The notes below the pieces were generated by a model, which worked only from the letters and a program-made list of their open reading frames with translations, was not told where the DNA came from and did no database searches. From the IMG/VR virus record IMGVR_UViG_3300027736_000059, positions 1 through 55,283 of that record: a stretch of DNA of 55,283 nucleotides, one strand, 5' to 3'. This DNA is from a virus (Duplodnaviria; Caudoviricetes). Positions 9,801 through 17,990 of this stretch are shown piece by piece (positions within the stretch are counted from its first letter, which is position 1; each line of letters starts with the position of its first letter). The position numbers were made by a program, and so were the translations under genes.

Positions 9801-12583
9801 AAGCCTCAGCAACTGGCGAAGATGTGGCACAAAAGAAAGTAAGTACATTCTTTGGTGAGTGGGCTGGTCAATACTTCGGTAGAGCGCTCATCCCTCTTCA
9901 GCAATTGAGTGACATCATTGGTGCTGTTGATAGAAACGAAACTCTTCCCCGTTCTGTTTATGAAATCAAGCAAGGAGAAGAAGGCTTTATTCCCTCTGCA
10001 AAGAATGTGCTGATGTCAAAAGTTCCTGTGTTGAAGCAGGAACTACCAGTAGCACAGCCGGTCACAAAGACTGAAGCTTCCTTCAATGATGCTGGCTTAC
10101 TGAAGATGTTTGCTGGTATATCAATTAAGGTTAACCCAACTGACTTCGAGAAAGAGATAACTCGCCTCAATGTTCCTTACAACAAACTATTCACCACCAC
10201 AGGTGATAAGGTTGTTGACAGACAGGCTAAGGAAATTCTTGCTCCACAATTGGTAGCTTCTTATGAGGCTTTAACAAGCACTGACTTCTATAAGAACACC
10301 AACAAAGACCTACAGAAGATATCGCTGGAGAACACACTTGCTGGTGTGCAGAAAGAAGCTAAGGCTGTTGCCGTAGATATGGCTAGAGCAAAAGCCATAG
10401 AAGGTGGCTTAGGGGCTGCTCGTGTTATAGAGAATAGATATGCAGCCAAACCCGCTGAAGTGAAGCGTCAGGCCGCTGCTCTGTACAAACAAAATACAGG
10501 CAAAGACCTTACTGAGACTGGGGATTATGAGGCCGGGTTAGCTTATGCTACGGCGGTACAGAACATCCTTAAGCCAACAACAGGTAAGGCTAATGGCGGT
10601 GTAGTGGGTTATGCTGGTGGCGGTCTTCTAGCTAAGAAGGTAGCTGGAGAAACTATAGAGCGTGGACTAACCAAGATTGGTGGTGACCTGTTACAGCAGA
10701 TGGATAACATGCTAGGCAAGAAAGTTGGCACGGAAATTGAAGAGACTGCTGCTGCCCTCAAGGCAACAAAAGAAACTTCTTTGGGTAAGAGTATGGTAGA
10801 ACCCGTCGAATCTATTACATCTACTAAGCGTCCTGTCTTTCGGCCTACATCTACTTCAAAGGTTGTTAAAGACGAAGGGCCATACTTAGGTGATGTTGAG
10901 AGAGAGGGACGTTTTGTAGACGCTCCTGAGCCCAATTTTACTAAACAAGAAGAGCAGGTTATTTCTGCCTCTCAAACATCCTTTTTAGAAGATTTAAAAA
11001 ATAAACTTAATAGTAAAGATACTTCTTATGGTAAGCAGAAGATGCTGCAAAGCATAATTAAAGTCGGCACTGAAGAAGAGAAAAAATGGGCTGCTTCTGA
11101 ACTTGCTGATTTGGCTGATAAACAATTTGATTTGTGGACAAAATATAAAGACGAAGGATATGATGTAGGGGAGTTTATTCCTGAGAAACCTTTCTATTGG
11201 GGTAACCCTGAGAAACAGGAGTATGATAAGAATCCTTTTTCATTTGCCCCAAAGCCGGTGAAAGATAAAGAAGGAAGAGCCATACCGGATTCTTTAATTA
11301 CCACTCTCCCTGAATCTAAAGTTGCTCAAGGAGACTTGGACGCTACATCTTTTGCAAGACAAGGCCCAAGCGTTAGAAAGCAAGTGCTTGCTACTATACG
11401 CCAAGCTAGGACAGATTCCTTTGATGCAATAACTAATCTGCCTAAGGTTAAGGAACTGCCGGATGCTGAGGATGTTATCGCGGTGGTGCAGGGTGATTTC
11501 CGTATCAAAGAAGGAAGAGAAATAAATCCGTCTAAAGCTGAAGACATTAGCATTGTCCAAGACATGGCTACTAAAGCACAGAAGAAACTGGATGCACTGA
11601 GAGAAGAATACAAAGATACTCCACCAGTAAAACTCTATCACGGCAAAGCTGCATATGCGGCTGAGCCTACTACTAGATATAAGACAGGCTTCTTAGACCC
11701 ACAACAGATAGATAAATATCACAGTGAAATGGAAGTGGGTGGTACATCGTTCACTAGGGATTTGAATTTAAACTTTGAGTCTCCTGTTTTTGGTGGGCCT
11801 AATGCAGATAAGATTGTCTACACAGAAATGCCATACGCTGACTACATGTTTAAGAGAATTAACATGGCTCCCACAGCGTATGATAATAAAAACTTAAATG
11901 TTATTGCTCAGTCTATCAACGGGTCTGATAGAGTTGTACGTCCCGTCAGTCTTCCGAGGTCTTCTAACTTTAAGGAAACAGAAGACATGATTACAGAGAC
12001 GGACAAGCTTCGTCCTGAAGGCAAGGGTACAGGTAATCAATTGGAAGTTAGATCAGCAGCTAACGATGTTACTCTTGCTGCTGCCAATCCTGAGAAAGTA
12101 TCTTTGCTTGGTAAAGGTGGAGATAAGAAGGGATTCATTAATCGTGTAAGAGAAGAAACAAATATCAAGGATAGGATTATCAACTTGAGTTCTGACCTCC
12201 ATACAGAGAAGAGTGGTGTTGCTGCCAATAAGATATATAAAGAGATAAGGAATCTCTTTAATAATTATATGGAGAAAGCTGATATCACTTCAACTAAAGC
12301 TGGCATGGGTCAGAGATATCACAGTGAACTATCTAATAACCTAAATATACTTAAAGGAACAGACAGTTCTATTCTCACCAAAAACCTACTGAGTACAACA
12401 AGCGATATCTTGGAGAAGCAGGGTTCTAAAGAGAAGGCTATGTTGCTACGTTCTTTGAGTAAAGAGTTAAAAGTATTAGGGGAAAACTGGGCTAGTGACG
12501 CTGCTGGTCAAGTTAAGAATGTCAACAATATCAGAGAGCTAACCCAGAAGCTAGCCAAGGGTGGACTAGTAGAAAGAAGATAA
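6845..12583 (+). CDS. Giant internal virion/ejection protein (1912 aa) with a possible C-terminal ART-like domain
   Basis: Last gene of the late arm. FDDLIP repeats at the N-terminus, PFPRF motif, LYHG...SFTRD...E in the C-terminal third. Confidence 0.65.
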   Translation: MAYDISFDDLIPSNQKTKDVSFDDLIPKKSTSLVTRPDQQTKDKEALSILQKEKEKASVALAEAQRLKDKAREDRAAADVLSLDREIAATSKRASVATAEPVAVEPTLPARDKQVRTPSLYDIKAAPVETKAAEVAPAAPAPTPTTDESKVSAAFSYKSKLAEGFKPRAEAMKEKVEQTRLAEENKIPFDALTQSPALKKTIDDYVLARFGKSELQKPNESVEDYVNRFAQQMRFLKTGNTYSLGSEIQFLNSAKQEDKLKMDAAYTLWDNIADPSMMTAGGKGQKGIRPVTDSLLSMFSDPLTFVSLGAGKMLATPIQKAVAEQGIKKALVSNIGKVAAIPAIETAQGVASDTGQQKIELTIAAAQLKNAEDRFPSLSPEEQDKLKPTLDLLRKKVEEGINIKQAVISGVVSGVLGSVEAAGVLKAGKKLGGGQSSLDEILARKKAGLPEAPAPKLEVKASTGTQKQLEDDYDIFEGRNLLDKQLINLDGLSGMEYEKAFAKNESAVAQMQVRKEINRKATQLAQEVWTSLPEFAPKQGEKISDAVKNVFLNIDSVDDVALKDAFAKANITPEEFARMNRTTVSDAASTMQSYSVLARIQNKLKSIDPAAAKEVDLMYGNRNAITDSFGFIKDISMRADRELKALMVSQIATTVRNAYSGLTVVTFGVASEAVESALYRIGKTSAEIYTGKPVTGSFTNGIKGVWNDAFRTASYLSDAGLSADVAERLLAGSPTLSSLILKTAGEAGDQGLSRVGQIANTFNVAQDAFFRRAIFAANVEKQLSRVGIDMFDVLAQNKNIPLDVLKNATNEALLATFSKMPTKGPVYHAVKFIEELGPVGSTLIPFPRFMANAMEWTATHSPIGLVSGAVDVASTDLNKRIAGLEKLSKGIVGTGAIYAAYKYRKDNQDTEWYDAKNTDGSLVDTRAFFPVAPFLALGDYLVKLENGTTSEFKAKELFEAVTGFKMPAGTNSWLGDQFATAASNWQASATGEDVAQKKVSTFFGEWAGQYFGRALIPLQQLSDIIGAVDRNETLPRSVYEIKQGEEGFIPSAKNVLMSKVPVLKQELPVAQPVTKTEASFNDAGLLKMFAGISIKVNPTDFEKEITRLNVPYNKLFTTTGDKVVDRQAKEILAPQLVASYEALTSTDFYKNTNKDLQKISLENTLAGVQKEAKAVAVDMARAKAIEGGLGAARVIENRYAAKPAEVKRQAAALYKQNTGKDLTETGDYEAGLAYATAVQNILKPTTGKANGGVVGYAGGGLLAKKVAGETIERGLTKIGGDLLQQMDNMLGKKVGTEIEETAAALKATKETSLGKSMVEPVESITSTKRPVFRPTSTSKVVKDEGPYLGDVEREGRFVDAPEPNFTKQEEQVISASQTSFLEDLKNKLNSKDTSYGKQKMLQSIIKVGTEEEKKWAASELADLADKQFDLWTKYKDEGYDVGEFIPEKPFYWGNPEKQEYDKNPFSFAPKPVKDKEGRAIPDSLITTLPESKVAQGDLDATSFARQGPSVRKQVLATIRQARTDSFDAITNLPKVKELPDAEDVIAVVQGDFRIKEGREINPSKAEDISIVQDMATKAQKKLDALREEYKDTPPVKLYHGKAAYAAEPTTRYKTGFLDPQQIDKYHSEMEVGGTSFTRDLNLNFESPVFGGPNADKIVYTEMPYADYMFKRINMAPTAYDNKNLNVIAQSINGSDRVVRPVSLPRSSNFKETEDMITETDKLRPEGKGTGNQLEVRSAANDVTLAAANPEKVSLLGKGGDKKGFINRVREETNIKDRIINLSSDLHTEKSGVAANKIYKEIRNLFNNYMEKADITSTKAGMGQRYHSELSNNLNILKGTDSSILTKNLLSTTSDILEKQGSKEKAMLLRSLSKELKVLGENWASDAAGQVKNVNNIRELTQKLAKGGLVERR

Positions 12584-12612
12584 GGAAAGGGGCATTAGCC
12601 CCCTTCTTTATT
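12584..12612. terminator. Bidirectional intrinsic terminator between the convergent arms
   Basis: aaggaaaggggc-atta-gcccccttcttt hairpin between convergent stop codons. Confidence 0.75.
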
Positions 12613-12787
12613 TCTTTGATCGTTTGATAGGTAGCACCAGCGCTAAGGCAACCACTGCTGTGAAGAGTCCCACTGTTACTATTGTAGGTAGTAATACCAG
12701 CCACCAATCCCAATCAATAACATTGAATAGTTTGGCTGCTACAAATATCAATGTAAGCAGATTAAAGAAGTTTAGATTAAGAGTCAT
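12608..12787 (-). CDS. Small 2-TM membrane protein (59 aa, not in the ORF track)
   Basis: Manual translation MTLNLNFFNLLTLIFVAAKLFNVIDWDWWLVLLP...; the LxLIFxxxKLxxVIDWxWWxVLxP pattern is common in phages; AAGGGA SD. Confidence 0.7.
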   Translation of the reverse strand: MTLNLNFFNLLTLIFVAAKLFNVIDWDWWLVLLPTIVTVGLFTAVVALALVLPIKRSKK

Positions 12788-12803
12788 GTTGTTCCCTTGT
12801 TAA

Positions 12804-12880
12804 TGGTTTGTCCTATTGGAATTGAACCAATGACCTACAGCTTAGAAGGCTGTTGCTCTATCCAACTGAGCTAAGGACAA
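12804..12880 (-). tRNA. tRNA-Arg(UCU) with encoded CCA
   Basis: Acceptor stem TTGTCCT/AGGACAA, D arm TAGCTCAGTTGGATAGAGC, anticodon arm ACAGC-CTTCTAA-GCTGT, T arm ATTGG-TTCAATT-CCAAT, then A-CCA. Confidence 0.95.
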
Positions 12881-12885
12881 ATGCT

Positions 12886-13068
12886 TTAAGCCTTTTGCTT
12901 CAGTGCAAAGATGTTCTCAAAGTAGCCTCTGTCAAAGCCTCTCTGCCACTCCTTACCCTGTACAGTGCTAGGCTCGTATTGGTTAGCAAGCCAGCCCTTG
13001 TAAAAGGCATTCCTACCCTGATCAAATTGAATCCGTAGAGGGGCAGTTCTTTCTGATTTCTCAGTCAT
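12886..13068 (-). CDS. Small protein, ribosome modulation factor-like
   Basis: F-x-x-G-x-x-A-F-x-x-G...N-x-Y...E-W-x-R-G-F pattern. Confidence 0.45.
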   Translation of the reverse strand: MTEKSERTAPLRIQFDQGRNAFYKGWLANQYEPSTVQGKEWQRGFDRGYFENIFALKQKA

Positions 13069-13541
13069 GGTTTATCCTTTAGTTGGTCAATCTTAATGTT
13101 GTAGCAATCGCTCTTAACTGTATACCCATTAGATGGGTCTATAGTTCCCTTCTGCATGAACACAGCATCCTTCATGTATTGATCTTTATTATACACACCT
13201 AGATACCAGCCTATAGAGAAATCATTCTTCACACGAACAAAAGCGTAGTAGTCACAGTCTTGTTTGGTATTCAGCGCAGCAATAGAGCAGTCGTAAGAAG
13301 GCAGGGGGACATAGCCCGTCTGCTTAGTCTTTACATCTATCTTAGTTCCGTTATCCAAAACTAAGTCATAGTCGTAGGTGTTACACAGTTTTCCACCTAG
13401 CACTTGCTGGGCAATAGCCTCGCCAATGAAGCCAGCAATATTGCCAGCCCCTCTGATGATGCTATTGCGAAGCTGTCCCATCTCAGCAGCCTTGTCTCTG
13501 GCCTCAACCAGCATGGCTGGAGATATGACAATCTCTATCAT
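13065..13541 (-). CDS. PD-(D/E)XK nuclease-like protein
   Basis: GFIGE...YDYDL...IDVKTK motif. Confidence 0.55.
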   Translation of the reverse strand: MIEIVISPAMLVEARDKAAEMGQLRNSIIRGAGNIAGFIGEAIAQQVLGGKLCNTYDYDLVLDNGTKIDVKTKQTGYVPLPSYDCSIAALNTKQDCDYYAFVRVKNDFSIGWYLGVYNKDQYMKDAVFMQKGTIDPSNGYTVKSDCYNIKIDQLKDKP

Positions 13542-15451
13542 CTAACTGGACACGCGCCAGTAGCACAATCGTCATCTAATCCAATGGTGGCTTCACCCAC
13601 CTGTGTGATTAACCTAGTGGATGCTACCAACTCATCGTATTGCTCTTTGGTAATTTCCTCTAGCGGTGCTTGCTTAAAGCCATGCTCACTGTGCAGCAAG
13701 AAAGACAAGCTCTTGTGTGAGCCTTTGTAAAACTTCTTCAGATACTTCTTAATATCTGGAAGCTCTTCCTTCTTGTAGTACACAGTACAGCTAACACTGT
13801 TGTCACTCCAGTTCTCCTGCAACCAGCGAACAGTATCAAGCTGCGCCAGTGCATCCACTTGACTAGCCAATGTAGCCACCTCAGAATGACGGAAGGGGAA
13901 CGATACAACCACTGTGCTGTGATCAGTAGAGCCATCAAAGTTCTGCTGATACTCAACAGGATATCCATGATCACGACAGGTCTGCACCAGCGAATGGTTA
14001 GCGCTGATACGGATACGTCTAATCATGTATCGCGCATAAGCAGGATGACATCCCGGTGTAACACCCGGCAGTAGGGACAGAGTTCCGCTAGGTTTAATCG
14101 TGGTTAGCTTGATGGATTTATTAAAGCCATTCTTAGCGCTGTATTGCTCGTCATAATCCCTGAGGTAGGTGTAGGTATCCTTGAGCCAGCTAAGCTGCTC
14201 CTGAGTGCTTTCCAGTACCCCTGTGATGCCAATGCCCATACGCATGTTCTTGTTCACGACGGCTTCTGTCGATTCAAGGTGGCAAGGAAGTGACAAGCTA
14301 TGCTTGTTGATTCGATATAGCAATGTTGCTACATCCATCAACTCTTCCTGAGAGGTAATGTTAGGCAGGAAGATTTCTGCTAGGCAGCAGGTTTCCTTAT
14401 CAGCCAAGCTCTGCTCTGCACATGGGTTATATCCTTGCACATCAGGGTCAGGGTATTGAGTCTCTCCCAAGCGACCAATCTTACGCGACAAACGCAAATT
14501 AATCAAACCATAGGGTTCTCCCTTACCTTCGTAGCCATCCCAAAAGAATTCATGTAGGTCTTCAATGTCATTACAGACAACGCTGTTATTGGACATCGCT
14601 CTCCACGAAGGAATGTTACCCATGTCCCAGCGCTTAGCCAGTAAAAATTCTACATCGTCAGGGTCACCAATAGCAATCTGAGCAGAGCGGCGTACATTAC
14701 CAGCCACCACAACAGCACCAATGATATTCATGATGTCCAAGCAATCAATGGGCCGAAGCTTGCGACCAGCACGGCGGGACAGGATATCACTAACCTTGCC
14801 TATGCCCCACACCAAGTCCTCAGGGCCGCTGGCAGTACCGCCAAAGCCCTTGATGGGTGCGCCCTTACTGCGGATAAGCTGTGTGCTGTAGGTGAAGGTT
14901 TGATTACCACTGCGGTGGGCTAAGAATGCCGCCTTCAGTGTCTTACCTAACAGAGCTACCCAACCCTCACGGCTATCAGGAACAATGAAATTGGCATCAG
15001 AGCTATCAAGACGGGTAGGAGCTTTGAAGTTTTCATTGACAAGGGGAAGCTTATCCACATTGCGCTTTTGAATGTTGTAACCAACACCACTGCCTAGCAT
15101 CAACAAGTCCATAGCCCAAGTGAACGGCTCCACTGGTTTGTCTACTACAGTGAAGGCACAGTTTTGAAGACTGGCTAGGCCAAGCTTATCCACTGTGTTA
15201 GTTCCAAGCTGCCATAAGAAGCGACCAGCAACACTGCCCTTAAGCTCAAGGAAGTGTTTCGTCAATCGCTCTTGTTCTTCTGCTGTGAAGTTGCAGCCTA
15301 GTTGGTCATTGGTGGCATCCACTACACGCTTGATGGTGTCAGTGAATTCTTCTGTTGGACTGTTGATGTCAGCCTCATTAAGGCGGCGAGAGTACGTTCT
15401 CTTATAGGTTAAGTAGCCAACAGATGACCAAGGAGTTTTAATATCGTTCAT
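13538..15451 (-). CDS. nrdJ: Class II (B12-dependent) ribonucleotide reductase, monomeric RTPR type
   Basis: NCAF, VVAGNVRRSA, NPCAEQ, CCLAE, TTIKPSGT and C-terminal CxxGxCP; no NrdB gene seen. Confidence 0.9.
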   Translation of the reverse strand: MNDIKTPWSSVGYLTYKRTYSRRLNEADINSPTEEFTDTIKRVVDATNDQLGCNFTAEEQERLTKHFLELKGSVAGRFLWQLGTNTVDKLGLASLQNCAFTVVDKPVEPFTWAMDLLMLGSGVGYNIQKRNVDKLPLVNENFKAPTRLDSSDANFIVPDSREGWVALLGKTLKAAFLAHRSGNQTFTYSTQLIRSKGAPIKGFGGTASGPEDLVWGIGKVSDILSRRAGRKLRPIDCLDIMNIIGAVVVAGNVRRSAQIAIGDPDDVEFLLAKRWDMGNIPSWRAMSNNSVVCNDIEDLHEFFWDGYEGKGEPYGLINLRLSRKIGRLGETQYPDPDVQGYNPCAEQSLADKETCCLAEIFLPNITSQEELMDVATLLYRINKHSLSLPCHLESTEAVVNKNMRMGIGITGVLESTQEQLSWLKDTYTYLRDYDEQYSAKNGFNKSIKLTTIKPSGTLSLLPGVTPGCHPAYARYMIRRIRISANHSLVQTCRDHGYPVEYQQNFDGSTDHSTVVVSFPFRHSEVATLASQVDALAQLDTVRWLQENWSDNSVSCTVYYKKEELPDIKKYLKKFYKGSHKSLSFLLHSEHGFKQAPLEEITKEQYDELVASTRLITQVGEATIGLDDDCATGACPVR

Positions 15452-15471
15452 AGTTTTCCTGTTCTAAAGAT

Positions 15472-15494
15472 AAAAAAAGGGAGCCAATGCTCCC
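15472..15494 (-). terminator. Terminator-like hairpin just upstream of nrdJ
   Basis: Minus strand GGGAGC-ATTG-GCTCCC followed by T7. Confidence 0.6.
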
Positions 15495-15519
15495 GTAGGG
15501 ATGATGGTTATACTAGAAT

Positions 15520-15654
15520 TTATCTGTTGTCACCACTTCCTTTTATCTGTGAGCGACTCTTCCTGTCTTGATTCTCTGAATTGAAAACCCTTGCCATATA
15601 AACGACAAGGGTTTCCGCATCAGGAGTAGACCAAATTAGTTTTACTCCGCTCAT
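15520..15654 (-). pseudogene. thyX: Truncated thymidylate synthase ThyX remnant (44 aa)
   Basis: MSGVKLIWSTPDAETLVVYMARVFNSENQD matches the ThyX N-terminus (VKLxxxTPDxExxxxYxARVSNPxNQ), then stops. The RHRxxSxxxxSxR core is absent. Confidence 0.7.
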
Positions 15655-15660
15655 TCAATG

Positions 15661-16050
15661 TTACCAAGGACTTACGCTGTTGAAATATTCAGCAGCTTCT
15701 TCCTCGCCCATATAATGAACAAGAAGGCTAACAGTAGAATCTATGATATCTTCTGAATCATCATTACCCATGTGATATTCATAGCAGGTTTGTAGTTCTG
15801 CAATGAAATCAGAATAGTCAGGGGCTTCGTCATACTCTTCCCCTTCCTCATCTCCTTCATAGTCTTCTTCAAAATCAAACCAAAGTGTTTCTTTATCCTC
15901 AGCCGCTACCCGTTGCTGCTCAACATATTTCTCAAGCAGAGCAACAAATCCAATATTGATTAACTCAACTTTAGATTGCTCATCCATTTCCAATTGAACG
16001 ATAGCGCCGCCATCATCTAGTTCTTCAAGTGTTGTACAAGTAATATTCAT
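15661..16050 (-). CDS. Acidic hypothetical protein
   Basis: D/E-rich ORF with a 4-bp overlap with the upstream gene. Confidence 0.6.
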   Translation of the reverse strand: MNITCTTLEELDDGGAIVQLEMDEQSKVELINIGFVALLEKYVEQQRVAAEDKETLWFDFEEDYEGDEEGEEYDEAPDYSDFIAELQTCYEYHMGNDDSEDIIDSTVSLLVHYMGEEEAAEYFNSVSPW

Positions 16051-16442
16051 TTCGCTTTCCTTTCGAGTTTCTCTTTAAGAGTTTTTTCCTTATGGCAACT
16101 CAGACATAATATCTGAAAGCCTTCTTCCTCACAGTACATATTCTCAATGTACTTATCCCAACTAACAAAACCAACCTTCGGGTCTACCACAGGATAGATA
16201 TGATCTACCTGCACATCGACAGCTACAAACTCTTCAGAGCAAACAGCGCATCTGTAGTGCTGTGCTAACTTACCTGTCTTCTTATTTTCTTTTCTTCCTA
16301 TCAGAGCAGCCTTTAGTGCTGAATACTTAGGAGGCCACCTACGGGAAGCTGACCTCAAGGCTGATGTTACGAAGCTCCTATACCTAGCCTCTGTCCACTC
16401 GCCACCATTACGGGGTTTGATGACTTGCTTCTTAGAGGCCAT
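16047..16442 (-). CDS. HNH endonuclease
   Basis: CxxC...VDHIxP...QILCxxCHxxKT. Confidence 0.85.
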   Translation of the reverse strand: MASKKQVIKPRNGGEWTEARYRSFVTSALRSASRRWPPKYSALKAALIGRKENKKTGKLAQHYRCAVCSEEFVAVDVQVDHIYPVVDPKVGFVSWDKYIENMYCEEEGFQILCLSCHKEKTLKEKLERKAK

Positions 16443-16448
16443 AGATAT

Positions 16449-16718
16449 TCACATGCCAAGCTTATCAAGCTTGTGAACAATAAGCATAGCATAGCCAGCA
16501 ATATCTTGCCAGCTATCTTTGTAGTAGGGGTCACCATTAACTATACGGGCAAGCTTGTTTGCAATCATGTCCATGCTTTCACGCATGTCATCACCGGCAG
16601 CCTCTATGTTAGAGCCGCTAACTATTGCCTCTTTTATTGTCCTACTGGTAGTGGCAACATTAGTATATTCCCCATACCTCTCACCTCTTTGGTCTAGTAT
16701 TTCTTCTGTAGAAATCAT
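16449..16718 (-). CDS. DUF6378/DUF3310-like nucleotide-metabolism-associated protein
   Basis: RGxRYG...KLARI..GD...DSWxDIAGYA. Confidence 0.65.
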   Translation of the reverse strand: MISTEEILDQRGERYGEYTNVATTSRTIKEAIVSGSNIEAAGDDMRESMDMIANKLARIVNGDPYYKDSWQDIAGYAMLIVHKLDKLGM

Positions 16719-17077
16719 TGCATTCCACCTACAGTTGGGGAGTTAATATCAAACACTGAGTCTTCTTCAATGTTAGAAAAGCTATTATGGTTAGCGTTGT
16801 ATTCAATACCTGCGGCGTTATGTGCGTAGAATTTATTGCAGTGATCCATAATTTCTTTTGCTACTTCCTCATTGCTCTCCATCAAGGGAACAACAGAAGC
16901 CAACAGCACAGCCATCCCAATCATATCGTCCATCGCTTCTTTAGAAATACTGACAGGGCCAAAGCCACTAACAATAACTTCAAACGTGTTATCCCACTGC
17001 TTATCTTCTCCAAGATTAGGACGCAAGATAACCGCAATATCATTGGGCTGTAGATCATTCTTGTTTTTCCTTGCCAT
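16715..17077 (-). CDS. Hypothetical protein
   Basis: Start reassigned to MARKNK, which follows an AAGGA SD. Confidence 0.6.
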   Translation of the reverse strand: MARKNKNDLQPNDIAVILRPNLGEDKQWDNTFEVIVSGFGPVSISKEAMDDMIGMAVLLASVVPLMESNEEVAKEIMDHCNKFYAHNAAGIEYNANHNSFSNIEEDSVFDINSPTVGGMQ

Positions 17078-17079
17078 GT

Positions 17080-17793
17080 TTATTCCTTTGAAGGTGGTTG
17101 CCATAATTCATTCTCGTATCTTCTTAGCCAAAGCAATCTAGCATTCTCAATAACTCTATCTTCGTTACCGTCATATTGCTCTAGACAAATAGAATACATT
17201 TCATGTTCATCTTCTGCTTCCGCAAGAAGTTTGTCAGCTTTGACAGGGCCAATACCATTTATGCCCATGATATTATCAGCAGCATCCCCTGTTAATATCT
17301 GTTTATAGAATCTAAACATACCCTCTTCAGGAGTTATGTTATACCCTATTTTCTTTACAAAGTTGTAATGCCAGCCAGCAATTTGATCTAAATCTTTGTC
17401 AACTGAGGCGACAATGTAATTGTCCTGTAACTTTGTGGCTTCTATAGCTATTGCATCGTCAGCTTCTTGACCGTCAATAACAACAGCGCCCCATTCCTCC
17501 ACAAGATGTGTGCGTAAAGCAGACAAATGTGCAGGTTTAGGGGCTGTTCTATTTCCTTTATACACAGCAGTGGTTGCTATGTCTAGTCGAAAGTTATTCT
17601 TTCCCGTTAGGTAGAGTATCCATTCGTCAGCATAACAACCACTGTATGTATTATCAATGCCGCTTATAAGTATGTCAGTGAGATAGCTGTTAAGAGAGTT
17701 CTTAGCAGATTTCCCGTTCTCATTCTTGCAAGCAAAAGCTATCCGATAAGCAATAATGTCAGAGTCAACTAACGCTATTACTTTATTGGTCAC
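17080..17793 (-). CDS. 5'-3' exonuclease (T7 gp6/RNase H-like)
   Basis: DSDIIAY, YKGNR, EADD, DKDLDQ and GDxxDNIxGIxGIGP motifs. Confidence 0.9.
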   Translation of the reverse strand: MTNKVIALVDSDIIAYRIAFACKNENGKSAKNSLNSYLTDILISGIDNTYSGCYADEWILYLTGKNNFRLDIATTAVYKGNRTAPKPAHLSALRTHLVEEWGAVVIDGQEADDAIAIEATKLQDNYIVASVDKDLDQIAGWHYNFVKKIGYNITPEEGMFRFYKQILTGDAADNIMGINGIGPVKADKLLAEAEDEHEMYSICLEQYDGNEDRVIENARLLWLRRYENELWQPPSKE

Positions 17794-17796
17794 AGC

Positions 17797-17979
17797 TTAA
17801 TCCGTGGTAGCAGGAAGTTCCATCTGTGCATTGGCTTCAGCTTGGGCTTTCTCTACTTGAGGGGCAGCTTGTTGCTGAATAACTTGAACGTGCTGAGCAG
17901 CAAATTCAAATGGCAGTTTACCTAAGCCTGTCAGGGCTGCGTTAACTGTATCAATGTGGAGGTCTAGTTTAATTTGCAT
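17797..17979 (-). CDS. Small hypothetical protein
   Basis: AAGGA SD; LxxLGxLPF...IxxQAxPQ pattern. Confidence 0.65.
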   Translation of the reverse strand: MQIKLDLHIDTVNAALTGLGKLPFEFAAQHVQVIQQQAAPQVEKAQAEANAQMELPATTD

Positions 17980-17990
17980 TTGAGTTTTCC

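Noticed and set aside
2302-12228. Many 60-190 aa antisense or alternate-frame ORFs in the track (also across 13-33 kb and 35-55 kb)
   Set aside because: They lie within longer genes with recognisable motifs, lack SDs and break operon polarity, so they are shadow ORFs.
15452-15660. Cobalamin riboswitch upstream of nrdJ
   Set aside because: No B12-box-like conserved core was visible, and most of the gap is explained by the thyX remnant.
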